A DNA stretch of 64,000 nucleotides from an uncultured Planctomycetaceae bacterium (GTDB lineage: Bacteria > Planctomycetota > Planctomycetia > Planctomycetales > Planctomycetaceae): contig CAXBME010000014.1 of assembly GCA_963976765.1 (NCBI GenBank), positions 1 through 64,000 on the forward strand, given 5' to 3'. The translations under genes were made by a program, and so were the position numbers. Positions 1 to 8,798 of this stretch are shown here, in pieces (within the stretch, counting starts at the first letter, position 1; each line of letters starts with the position of its first letter). A model generated the notes under the pieces. That model ran no database searches and had not been told where the DNA came from. It was given only the letters and a program-made list of their open reading frames with translations.

Positions 1-119
1 TCATCACCCACCAATTCACCCGCTGGCTCCGAAACCTGCCAACCGACCCCGACCTGACTCTCAACCTGCTGGCGTCAGAACTGGTGTGTGCAGAAGTGGA
101 ATTCGGACAGGAATTGTGA
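1..119 (+). CDS. 3' end of a hypothetical protein (partial)
   Basis: Open frame from base 3 ([12 protein letters not shown]...FGQEL) to TGA at 117-119, just upstream of the next gene. Confidence 0.4.
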   Translation, partial: ITHQFTRWLRNLPTDPDLTLNLLASELVCAEVEFGQEL

Positions 120-180
120 ACAGCACGACGACTCAGAGGCAGGGTTCACCCGTCAGCAGAACACTTCAAGAAAGGCAAAT

Positions 181-645
181 ATGCGCAATTTTGACCACCG
201 AATCGGCACAGCGCTTCTCGTCGTTGCACTATTGGTCGCCAACGGTTGTTCGCAGCCGAAGTCTGGAATTCGTTTTGAGCCGGAAATCACAGCGAGACAT
301 GGCGGACTTTTCTCGTACGACATCACTTTCACACTGAATGCCGTCAACCGAATCGACTGGAGTAGTGACGACGACAATCAGATAACGAGCACCACAACAC
401 CGGTCGGCGCTGATCTTCGTGAAGTTACCGTGAACGTGACAGTTCACTATTCGCAGGGAGCAACCCACGAGACGCAGGCGTTCGACGCCAAATGGCAGAT
501 CGGCGAGAGCCTGATCGTCAACGTTCCGATGACAGCGGTGATTCAGGGTTACGACATCAAGGGCACCGGCTATCTGTACGACGAATCGGGCACGTACCTC
601 GGCAAAGTTCCGATCCAATGCAGCTTCCGAACGACTTCGAAGTAA
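181..645 (+). CDS. Hypothetical lipoprotein
   Basis: ATG 181 after AAAGG; signal peptide with lipobox-like LVANG-C; beta-rich body. Confidence 0.7.
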   Translation: MRNFDHRIGTALLVVALLVANGCSQPKSGIRFEPEITARHGGLFSYDITFTLNAVNRIDWSSDDDNQITSTTTPVGADLREVTVNVTVHYSQGATHETQAFDAKWQIGESLIVNVPMTAVIQGYDIKGTGYLYDESGTYLGKVPIQCSFRTTSK

Positions 646-657
646 CCAGCCACCAAC

Positions 658-698
658 GCGGGCCGTCCAATGGGCGGCCCGCCCGGTGTTTTCTTTTT
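658..698 (+). terminator. Probable intrinsic terminator
   Basis: GCGGGCCGTCC / GGGCGGCCCGC stem (one G-U) followed by a T-rich tract, just after the lipoprotein stop. Confidence 0.6.
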
Positions 699-1199
699 AG
701 CTATCAGAACCAGCAGCCAACTTTGCGGGGCGTCTCCAGCAAGTGCGTCATTCCGCAACAGCCCGCAACCGCAACTGATCAGTCTTCTCGCACCATTTCC
801 CGACGCGGACAGATCCCGTATTGTGTTTTCCGTGAGTGTGAGTTCGACATTCCATCGGATGCGCTCCATCGTGAAAGGAATCTTTTGCAGCATCCGGCGA
901 TGTTTGTCGTCCGTTGCTGTGGTCAAAACTTTCGTGGAGCGTAATGAGCAATTATCGCGTACCAGTCGCCTGATGCGATTGTCAGAGATTCGGCGATTGG
1001 ATCGCCCATCTGCTGACTTACGATTGGTCTTCTCCAATCCGCTCGTCGTCAGGCAAACGCAGCCGCAAATTCATGTCACTGCACTCAGGCACGAAAAAAC
1101 CGGCAAACGGGGGGTGTGGCCTTTCTTCATAACTGCTTTGAAATAGACAGTTTGTGTTAACTGTTATTGAAAGTGAAAAAACTGTTAGTCGAGTCCTCA

Positions 1200-1670
1200 A
1201 CTAACCCGGAATCTACTTTCCGATAACTTTCGCGATCGCGATGCCGTTCTGATGTCGAGGGTTGAGATTGTTCGGTGTGGCCAGTTCACAATTCACGCTG
1301 ACCGTGACATCGTAGGCGTCGGCGCCTACGAATGTCGTCGCCGTCGGTCGTAGCACGTCGAACGCCGAGACAGTGCAAAAATGAAACACATTGCCGCTGT
1401 CGAAAACTCATCGGAAAGTGCTCGTTTGACATCATGGATCGACTCTGGTGACGAGAGGCACCCTCTCGCGGACTGCTAACCGAGTGGGCAGCTCGTCTGT
1501 CAACTCTGACACGGTTCCTGTGTTTGGCATCCTGTAGAAGGTATTCGTGTGGCAGCGACCGATGCTTTCTCAGATCGGGCGGAAGTGTTCCGATGCTGCC
1601 GCCAACCTGTACGTTCAATTCCATAAGTGGTCTGGACTCGAAGTTTGTCTCGAACTTTCTACGAAACACT
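1200..1670 (+). ncRNA. Putative structured RNA/leader upstream of the tyrosine recombinase (strand assumed)
   Basis: Dense hairpins, e.g. 1306-1336, 1452-1468, 1498-1511 and a three-way junction at 1549-1602, several with G-U pairs; no convincing protein. Confidence 0.45.
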
Positions 1671-1804
1671 GGCAAAATAAATCCACATTTCATCATGAAA
1701 CACCAATCTTCAAGCAACAGGACGCTCTGCAGGATGCGCAACTGAGCCACTGGCGGACTGGATTCAGCATGACGGCACGAGTCGGTGACTCGGAGAACTG
1801 CATC

Positions 1805-2851
1805 ATGTCAACGAGTCTGGAGTCTGCCGTCCGAAGCTATGTCAAAGCGCTGGAGCTATCTTCCCGGAGCTGCGATGAGCACTTTTCAACAGTCAGGAAA
1901 TGGGAACGCTGGGGCAAAGGCAAATCGATCGAATCGCTCTCGCGACATGACATTCGGGAATTCATCGAGTGGGTGCATGATCTGGCGGTTCAAAACGCAG
2001 GGACAAACCCCGGTCGTACAGCCAACAAGGTGCGAGAGAATTTGAAAGCCGTTTTATCGTGGGCGTGGGAGCAAGACCTGATCGAGTCGGTACCTCGGCT
2101 ACCCAAACCCAGGTTCCAACGCGACGTAGCGGGGCGACACTATCTGACGAAGTCGGAACTCAACGCCCTGTACTTTGCGACTTACGCTCTCCCACGCTCT
2201 CGTGGCTGGAACCATCCTTATCCGGTTGGAAACTACTGGCGAGCCGCGCTCGTACTGTTCTTCAACTATGGTCTCGACACTGGAACCATCTGGAAAACCA
2301 ATTCATCCCATCAGCCGATCCTGTGGCGTCATGTCACCTGGCAGCAGGTGTCACCAAACACTCAAACACGAGAGCGTTCGCGTTGGGGATGGATTCTCTA
2401 CCGTCGAGCCAAGACCGGAAAGATGTTCGTTCGTCCGATGAATCGTGTCGTCCACGCACACGTCAGGAGCCTCCAGCAGAACGACTGCGACCCCGAGTCT
2501 CCTGTCTTCACTGGTGGAAGCTCGCGGCCAAACCTGAGATTCAGGCAACTCTGCTCAATCGCCGGCTTGGAACCTCGATTGAATATGGAATCTGGAGCAG
2601 AAGAACCCTGGCAACTCAAGGACTTACGGAAGACCTGTGCAACCTACTATGAAGAACACATTCCGGGTTCATCCGTCGAAATCCTGGGGCACTACGCCAG
2701 AGGAATCACTTACCGTCACTACGCTCACCGCGATCCGTTGGCTGCCAAAGCCATCATGACGATTCCCCAGCCAACGGCTTTCACAGGACTTGCGAAAGGT
2801 ATCACCGATATGTGCCCGTGCTGCCGACGACCGTTTTCGGCAGCGGAGTAA
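1805..2851 (+). CDS. Tyrosine recombinase/integrase family protein with atypical active site
   Basis: ATG 1805 after GGAGA; SAM-like N-terminus (TANKVRENLKAVLSWA); RAKTGK, LKDLRKTCAT, ILGH, TYRHY; C-terminal CPCC. Confidence 0.85.
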   Translation: MSTSLESAVRSYVKALELSSRSCDEHFSTVRKWERWGKGKSIESLSRHDIREFIEWVHDLAVQNAGTNPGRTANKVRENLKAVLSWAWEQDLIESVPRLPKPRFQRDVAGRHYLTKSELNALYFATYALPRSRGWNHPYPVGNYWRAALVLFFNYGLDTGTIWKTNSSHQPILWRHVTWQQVSPNTQTRERSRWGWILYRRAKTGKMFVRPMNRVVHAHVRSLQQNDCDPESPVFTGGSSRPNLRFRQLCSIAGLEPRLNMESGAEEPWQLKDLRKTCATYYEEHIPGSSVEILGHYARGITYRHYAHRDPLAAKAIMTIPQPTAFTGLAKGITDMCPCCRRPFSAAE

Positions 2852-3231
2852 ATCTCAGTCAACCCGCCTCGATCAGCCAACTTCAAACATGCCGTTTCGT
2901 CCACCCGGTGGGTGTCGACCGATGCGTCGAAAATTGACTACACGTCAAACTTGGCTGCCCTTTCGTACGTTATCAATTGGATGACAGGGTGATCCGTAAT
3001 GAATTCTTGCGACGTCGAAGTCTGCATTACTTCTTGGTGAGCTGGCAAATGAAGACGTCAGCCTTCATGCAGAGATGATTTCATCAAGCACTGGATGTTT
3101 GGAAGACCGAAAGATACCTTTACAGGTGTCGAGGCAATCCCATCGGGAGCGGCCTCGTCACCCGCCATGGGGAAATCACCCGAAAATCACGCGAAACCGA
3201 TTGTTTTCTTTGATGTCTGACGGTTCAGAGA

Positions 3232-4458
3232 ATGGCAACGAATTGGTACTACCGGCTTCAGAATGGCAAGGAGTCAGATCCAGTTCAGTTTCGCGAACTT
3301 GCTGGACTGATTCGTCGTGGAGAGATCGAGCCGGCCACTGAGGTGCATCCGGAGTATGATCCAGAGTGGAGATCGGCTGAGGACGTTGTTGGGCTAATCT
3401 ATACTTCACGCAGAATCGCCGAGATTGCAGGGGACGATCTAGGCCGAGAAGACTGTGCGACTGCCGAAGTTCAGGAAAACGAAGTCGAGCCCATCGCCTC
3501 GGAAGTACCGCCAACTATCTGCTCCCAAAGCGTGGTCGTCACTTCAAGTAAACCATCCAGTTGGATTTGGTATCTTTTTGCGTGGTTACCAGGTGGCCGG
3601 AGAACCGCACTAACGCCACCAGTCGACGACACTGCCTTGGGAACAAGTGAGAGTGGCATCGTAGCCACCGCCCCGTCGGATGATGACGAAGGACAACTCA
3701 CACACGCCAATCTGGCAACGGCACAACCCCAAAGCTCAGCCAATGATGAAACTGAGTTGGTCACACAGACGATTGAGCCGACTGACAATCCTGATGAGTG
3801 CGACAGTGGGACTACATTCGACGTCATAGAGCTGTTCGGCAGCGAACTTGCGGAGGCTTCCGTTGAATCACCGAAAGCTCCCGCAGCGACAAACGCGATG
3901 GAATTGCAAGACGATCATTTCAGAGGAGCTTCATCGAACGAAAATCATCCGGCAGAACTTCGAACAGCAATCAACGATGCGGTCGAAAACTGGGATCAGA
4001 ATCACAGACAGACTGCTCAAACTCAGCCACATGTATCGTCCCGCACGGTTCGCACAGGACTGCTCGCATTGTTGGTCTTTCCGCGGCAGTGGCTTGAAAG
4101 ACTGCTACTTCGTGTGCTCAAAGTGCCCATCGAAATCGTGGGCTGGATGGTGCTGCGTGGAGACAAACTGGTCACACAGGTCGCGGATCGCGTGGGGCAT
4201 GAGCTGTTTCTTCTGGGCTTCAGGTTGTTGGCTGCGATCGTGGGGGCCAACGCCGTCGTCTTCGCGATTGAAGCAATGGAGTCCCACGAGGCACTACGAT
4301 TTCCTGGCTGGCAGCAGGAGCGGAACGTGAGAACGTTTCCCATCGTTGGCGAATGCAGCCCCTTTGAATACTGGTTCCTCACGATTGATGTTGCCATTGT
4401 CGTCGGAGTCGTTGCCTATCAACTAGCAAAGCGGGTCGAGTTCTCATCCGACCCGTGA
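3232..4458 (+). CDS. GYF_2 (DUF4339) domain membrane protein
   Basis: N-terminal WYYRLQNGKESDPV..EL..LIRRGEI...V....EW..AEDV..L; acidic linker; C-terminal hydrophobic helices. Confidence 0.75.
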   Translation: MATNWYYRLQNGKESDPVQFRELAGLIRRGEIEPATEVHPEYDPEWRSAEDVVGLIYTSRRIAEIAGDDLGREDCATAEVQENEVEPIASEVPPTICSQSVVVTSSKPSSWIWYLFAWLPGGRRTALTPPVDDTALGTSESGIVATAPSDDDEGQLTHANLATAQPQSSANDETELVTQTIEPTDNPDECDSGTTFDVIELFGSELAEASVESPKAPAATNAMELQDDHFRGASSNENHPAELRTAINDAVENWDQNHRQTAQTQPHVSSRTVRTGLLALLVFPRQWLERLLLRVLKVPIEIVGWMVLRGDKLVTQVADRVGHELFLLGFRLLAAIVGANAVVFAIEAMESHEALRFPGWQQERNVRTFPIVGECSPFEYWFLTIDVAIVVGVVAYQLAKRVEFSSDP

Positions 4459-4770
4459 CTAGTTGGCCCCTTGAGAATCCGATTCCGCATCAACGTTATC
4501 TGCAAGATCATCGTTCGAATTTGCAACCTGCCCAGCACGCCGACTTCGCATCAACGCTGCAATTCGGAACGCCACTCCGCCTGACGCCGACAGCACGAGC
4601 AGCGATACGCGAACTACAAACTGATCCTTCGACACAGACTCGCCTTGAAGCCACCATACAACTGGCGTCATTGCCAGAATCATCCAGCAGAGTTGTTCCC
4701 CCCACTGACGAAGTTCTTCAACGGTCAGATCGTCGGAATCTTTGTCAGGCGATGATCTATTTTCACTCAT
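4459..4770 (-). CDS. Small two-TM membrane protein
   Basis: ATG start, two hydrophobic segments and a basic stop-transfer (RSRR); stop abuts the convergent GYF_2 gene. Confidence 0.55.
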   Translation of the reverse strand: MSENRSSPDKDSDDLTVEELRQWGEQLCWMILAMTPVVWWLQGESVSKDQFVVRVSLLVLSASGGVAFRIAALMRSRRAGQVANSNDDLADNVDAESDSQGAN

Positions 4771-4790
4771 TATCGATTTCCAGAACTCAG

Positions 4791-5822
4791 GTGTCTCTCA
4801 AATTGTCGTCTCAACACCAAGGCATTGGCCAAAACACAGAATCACATGAACTGCCGTCCCATGCGATCCGAAAGATCGTGGTGGCCGCTGTTGCAGTGAC
4901 AGGCATGGTTTGGGCGGCGTCATGGAAACCTGCCGGATTGATTGACACAAATCGGTATCTAATCATTTCCAGTGATGATGCCGGGATGTGCGACGCTGTC
5001 AATGCAGGAACGATTCATGCTCTAGAGCATGGTTCTGTGACATCGGCAGGAATCATGGTTTGCTGTCCCGCATTCAACGAATTTGCAGAGTTCGCCGTCG
5101 CCAATCCGGACTTTGACTATGGCGTCCACCTCACTCTGACCTGCGATCTTCCGGCACAGCCCTGGGGCCCTGTGTCTCAGCGTGAAGCCGTTCCGAGTCT
5201 TGTCGATGCCGATGGACGATTGCACTCATCAACTTACGCTGTTGCTCAGAACGTGGATATCCAGCAAGCCGAGATCGAATTACGAGCACAGATCCAAAAA
5301 GCGATCGATGCCAGAATCAAAATTTCTCATCTCGATCACCACATGTGGGTTCTGTTTTCCCGTCCAGACTTGCTGCAGCTGTATGTGAAACTTGGAAGAG
5401 AATTCAATTTGCCGATTCGATTCGCACGCTCAGGCGTCGATTCGCTACTGAGGGGAAGAAGCGAAGAAACTCAGCGAGTGTATCTGGAAGAGCTTGAGAA
5501 GCTGGACGATTCGGTGTTCCCAGTGCTTGATTACATGGAAAGCAGCAACTATGGAGTCGCGCCAGACTTGAAGAGAAAGCATCATTTGAACTCATTGAGA
5601 AACCTGCCAACAGGAGTGACAGAAATTGTGCTCCATTGCTCAGACTTTGTTGAAGCCGGCGCTAATCCACCGGATGTTGCTCAACGAGTGGCCGATACAA
5701 GGTTGTTTTCCTCACGCGAATTCGCTGATGAACTTGTCAGGTCTCGAATCCAACTGACCGACTGGTGCAGACTTGCTGCCCGGAGCAGGGCGAGAATCGA
5801 ACAGCCTTTAGTATCACCCTGA
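4791..5822 (+). CDS. YdjC/ChbG-family carbohydrate deacetylase with N-terminal TM (start uncertain)
   Basis: LIISSDDAG, VTSAGIMV, GVHLTL, SHLDHHM and TEIVLHC motifs; the listed 5' extension overlaps the antisense gene. Confidence 0.85.
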   Translation: MSLKLSSQHQGIGQNTESHELPSHAIRKIVVAAVAVTGMVWAASWKPAGLIDTNRYLIISSDDAGMCDAVNAGTIHALEHGSVTSAGIMVCCPAFNEFAEFAVANPDFDYGVHLTLTCDLPAQPWGPVSQREAVPSLVDADGRLHSSTYAVAQNVDIQQAEIELRAQIQKAIDARIKISHLDHHMWVLFSRPDLLQLYVKLGREFNLPIRFARSGVDSLLRGRSEETQRVYLEELEKLDDSVFPVLDYMESSNYGVAPDLKRKHHLNSLRNLPTGVTEIVLHCSDFVEAGANPPDVAQRVADTRLFSSREFADELVRSRIQLTDWCRLAARSRARIEQPLVSP

Positions 5823-5831
5823 TTTCGATCA

Positions 5832-7748
5832 TCAGCCACTGTCAGCTCCGTCAGTCTGATCAAACGGGATCAAGCCGAGCTCTTTGCGTAGTAAGTCGGC
5901 TTGCTCAACAGTTACACGGTAGATGCGAATCGAGTAGCCAGCGTGACCTGCAGGGGCGCATTGACGAAGCCAGGTGTAGATCGGCTCGTCGTTTTCAAAG
6001 TAGTGATAACCCTGCAGGTAATTGACACTGATCGCAAACCACCCTGGGTGTGGTTTCGAACGATCAAGTTTCTGAGTGCTGTTGCGGCTCACTTGGGCAC
6101 GTGGAATTACGCCTGAGTTGAGCCCCGCAACCGCCGGCGCGATGTCCCAGTCCTCGAAGTAGGCGACATGAATTGGCCGAGCCTGCGGGTTTTCGTCATA
6201 CCAGCGTTTCAGGAATTGCAGATCCTGTCCCCAGTCAATATTCGCATCGACCAGATGGGCACCGCCGCTGCCAGGTCCTCCAGCAGGAAGGTTGAAGAAT
6301 GACATGCTATGAGGAGCACACGAAACACTTTCAACCACCGCGAGAGCCAGTGCCACCACGAGAAGTCTGGATTGCAGTTTGAGTCGTCCGTTCTGTCGAT
6401 AAGTTCGGAAGACCATGCCAGCTCGGCTGGCAAAGATGTAGAGGAACGGCAGAGCCGGCACGATATATCTCAGATATCGATTGAAGCCGGTTTGTGAACT
6501 CACAAGAGTCAGTACGACGATTGCTGGCAGCAGCACGATGGCTTCCGAAAGCCACCTGATTTTGCATTCAGTCTGGCGTTTTCCAACACACAAACTCAGC
6601 CCGATAACGGCCAGAATGCCAATCGGAGTTTTGACAAGAAATCCGTAGAGGTAGTAGTACCACCATCCCCCTTTTTTTTGCTCGCCCCGCAGGTATGACC
6701 ATTTTCCAAGTTCGAAATCACGTTTCTGAACGTCGATTCCGCGTAAATAATTCTCAGGAAACGGAACAGGCAATGAGCCGATTAGCGTTCCCGCGAATCG
6801 ATTCCCTCCGCTGGGTGAAACGTCACTGCCTGCGAGTGTTTGGCTGACAAACTTGTAATCTCCAAGTGGTTTCAATGAGCCGCTGAAGCCATAGCCCAGA
6901 TTGATCCAATAGATCGCTATCAACAGGATGACCACCAACTGAGTCTTCTGTCTGGCTGCATCCGTACTGTCACCATGATCAGAATCTGCGCGGTCGTGTT
7001 TCAAACACGCTAGATGCCAAATGCACCAGATTGAGGGCCACAGCAGGAACAATACGATCCACGTAGTTTTCGTCAGCTCCGCGAGTCCCAACGTTACGCC
7101 AGCATGAAGCACATTGCCCCAGCCAAGGAAACGTAGCCATCGCCAGAACGCATAGGCGGCCCAGACACCTAGCGATGCGGCAGCAGCATCTGGAGTAATA
7201 GAGCTGCCCCATGCAAGCATTTGCGGACAGCAGCAATACAGAATTACGGAGACCAGCCCGGAAGTTTTTCCATAGAGTCCGCTGCTCCAGAGGAAGCAAA
7301 TCCACGGACCGATCAGGCAGAAAGGGATACACGCCCAGCGAGCAAGCGTGTAATACCAGAACAGCCTGTCGGCATTGTTCCTTGTGAAGTCCTTGCCAAC
7401 CCAGAACTCTGACCGGGCGAAAGGTGACGAGTTGTTCCAGGCCGACCAGTCTGTTTTGGGGTCTGACAAAACAACTGGAATTGCGCTGACCATTCGAACG
7501 AGTGGCGGATTGACTCGGTAAAGTTCGAATCGCCCAAACTCCCAATGACTTATGCCCGCCGGCAAGTGAGCCAGCTCGTCGATATTCGGACTCGTGACCA
7601 ACGAGATCCAAGCCAACATCATACCGTGAATGGTGATAACCAGGACGGCCAGACGAACAAGCCATTGCCCTCCGTCGCTGGTGACTGAGCACCGAGCCGT
7701 GCGGTTACGGCCGTCAGGACCAACGTCGTGGCCTGTCACAACAGTCAC
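5832..7748 (-). CDS. GT-C fold glycosyltransferase (ArnT/PMT_2-like)
   Basis: SPNIDELAHLPAG acidic motif after TM1, NPPLVR, GLAELTKTT, DANIDWGQDL; many TMs. Confidence 0.88.
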   Translation of the reverse strand: MTVVTGHDVGPDGRNRTARCSVTSDGGQWLVRLAVLVITIHGMMLAWISLVTSPNIDELAHLPAGISHWEFGRFELYRVNPPLVRMVSAIPVVLSDPKTDWSAWNNSSPFARSEFWVGKDFTRNNADRLFWYYTLARWACIPFCLIGPWICFLWSSGLYGKTSGLVSVILYCCCPQMLAWGSSITPDAAAASLGVWAAYAFWRWLRFLGWGNVLHAGVTLGLAELTKTTWIVLFLLWPSIWCIWHLACLKHDRADSDHGDSTDAARQKTQLVVILLIAIYWINLGYGFSGSLKPLGDYKFVSQTLAGSDVSPSGGNRFAGTLIGSLPVPFPENYLRGIDVQKRDFELGKWSYLRGEQKKGGWWYYYLYGFLVKTPIGILAVIGLSLCVGKRQTECKIRWLSEAIVLLPAIVVLTLVSSQTGFNRYLRYIVPALPFLYIFASRAGMVFRTYRQNGRLKLQSRLLVVALALAVVESVSCAPHSMSFFNLPAGGPGSGGAHLVDANIDWGQDLQFLKRWYDENPQARPIHVAYFEDWDIAPAVAGLNSGVIPRAQVSRNSTQKLDRSKPHPGWFAISVNYLQGYHYFENDEPIYTWLRQCAPAGHAGYSIRIYRVTVEQADLLRKELGLIPFDQTDGADSG

Positions 7749-8713
7749 CGGTTTATCGCTCGACAGGGTGAGGTAGTTTTCGTTTTCTGGACTATCTCGA
7801 CACCAGTCGTAGTCATCGCGGCTGGCCTCCAGAATCGATATTTAAATAGCGTTGCGGCAGCGTGGATGCCGTCTCGGAACCTCAGTTTCTTTCCTTCAGC
7901 GACGGTGCGAGGGTTGTAAGCCACCGGTACTTCGTGAATTCGCAGACCCAGTCGAATCGCCTTGGCAACCACTTCGGGGCAGAATTCAAACTCACGACAT
8001 CTCAGTTCCATCCTCCGAAGGTCTGAGGACCTAAGAACTTTGAAACAGCAGGCCTCGTCTGTCAGACGCACGCCATATAGAACGCGTACAGTCAAGTTTA
8101 ATAATCCCACACCGGATCGAAAAATCAGGCGACTGCTACGGATATCAGTTCGAGAGCCAATCACAAAATCCGCTTCGCCTTCGATGAGTGGAGCAAGAAG
8201 GGCTGAGTAGGCAGTGGGCGAGACTTCAAGATCGGCATCCTGAACAATCGTAAAATTGCCCTTCGCTTCAGAAAGAGCTGTGCGAATAGCTGTCCCTTTT
8301 CCTCGGTTCCGGTGGTGCTTCAGTACCACGACGCGGTGAATGTGTTCGGGTAGAAAACAGGCCGCGTCTGAGCGGTGATCCCTGGAGATTTCCGTGACAA
8401 AGTAACAGTCGGTGGCAGACTTCCACGATTCGTTTTCTCTCACACTTTTGGCTGATTCACAGAGCTCTTTAAGCCACGATTTGATCCTGCCGATCGAACC
8501 GTCCCCTGACCCATCGTCAACGATGATGATTTCTTTGGGCGTTTCTTCCGCCAGAACCAAATCCAGCAACTGCGTAACAGTATCTGCTTCGTTGTAGACA
8601 GGAACGATGACTGTGAGCAGCGGAGCTTTCACTGCTCCCTCCCTGGCGACTGTTCTTTGCTGATCGGAGCAGAGCTTCATCGAATGCTGACTTTCACTGA
8701 CATCAACTGCCAC
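7745..8713 (-). CDS. GT2 glycosyltransferase, polyprenyl-phosphate-sugar synthase (DPM/ArnC-like)
   Basis: VIVPVYNE, IIIVDDGS, NRGKG, QDADLE (DxD), FEFCPE, EVPVAYNPR..GKK. Confidence 0.9.
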   Translation of the reverse strand: MAVDVSESQHSMKLCSDQQRTVAREGAVKAPLLTVIVPVYNEADTVTQLLDLVLAEETPKEIIIVDDGSGDGSIGRIKSWLKELCESAKSVRENESWKSATDCYFVTEISRDHRSDAACFLPEHIHRVVVLKHHRNRGKGTAIRTALSEAKGNFTIVQDADLEVSPTAYSALLAPLIEGEADFVIGSRTDIRSSRLIFRSGVGLLNLTVRVLYGVRLTDEACCFKVLRSSDLRRMELRCREFEFCPEVVAKAIRLGLRIHEVPVAYNPRTVAEGKKLRFRDGIHAAATLFKYRFWRPAAMTTTGVEIVQKTKTTSPCRAINR

Positions 8714-8798
8714 TTGAACGGTAACTTGCGCGAGTCTGATTCTGTAGCAGGGTTGGAAAAAGCGGAGTCTACTTGTTGTTGAGAGCTTCGGCTGAATT

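Noticed and set aside
570..1146. Overlapping 150-158 aa ORFs on both strands
   Set aside because: No recognisable motifs, and some cross the terminator; likely non-coding or decayed.
1142..1169. Chromosomal dif site (11-6-11 layout)
   Set aside because: The arms do not match the XerC/XerD consensus (no TTATGTTAAA); kept only as a generic core-site candidate.
1547..1804. 86-aa N-terminal extension of the integrase ORF
   Set aside because: It overlaps the structured region, and a good RBS precedes ATG 1805 where recognisable integrase sequence begins.
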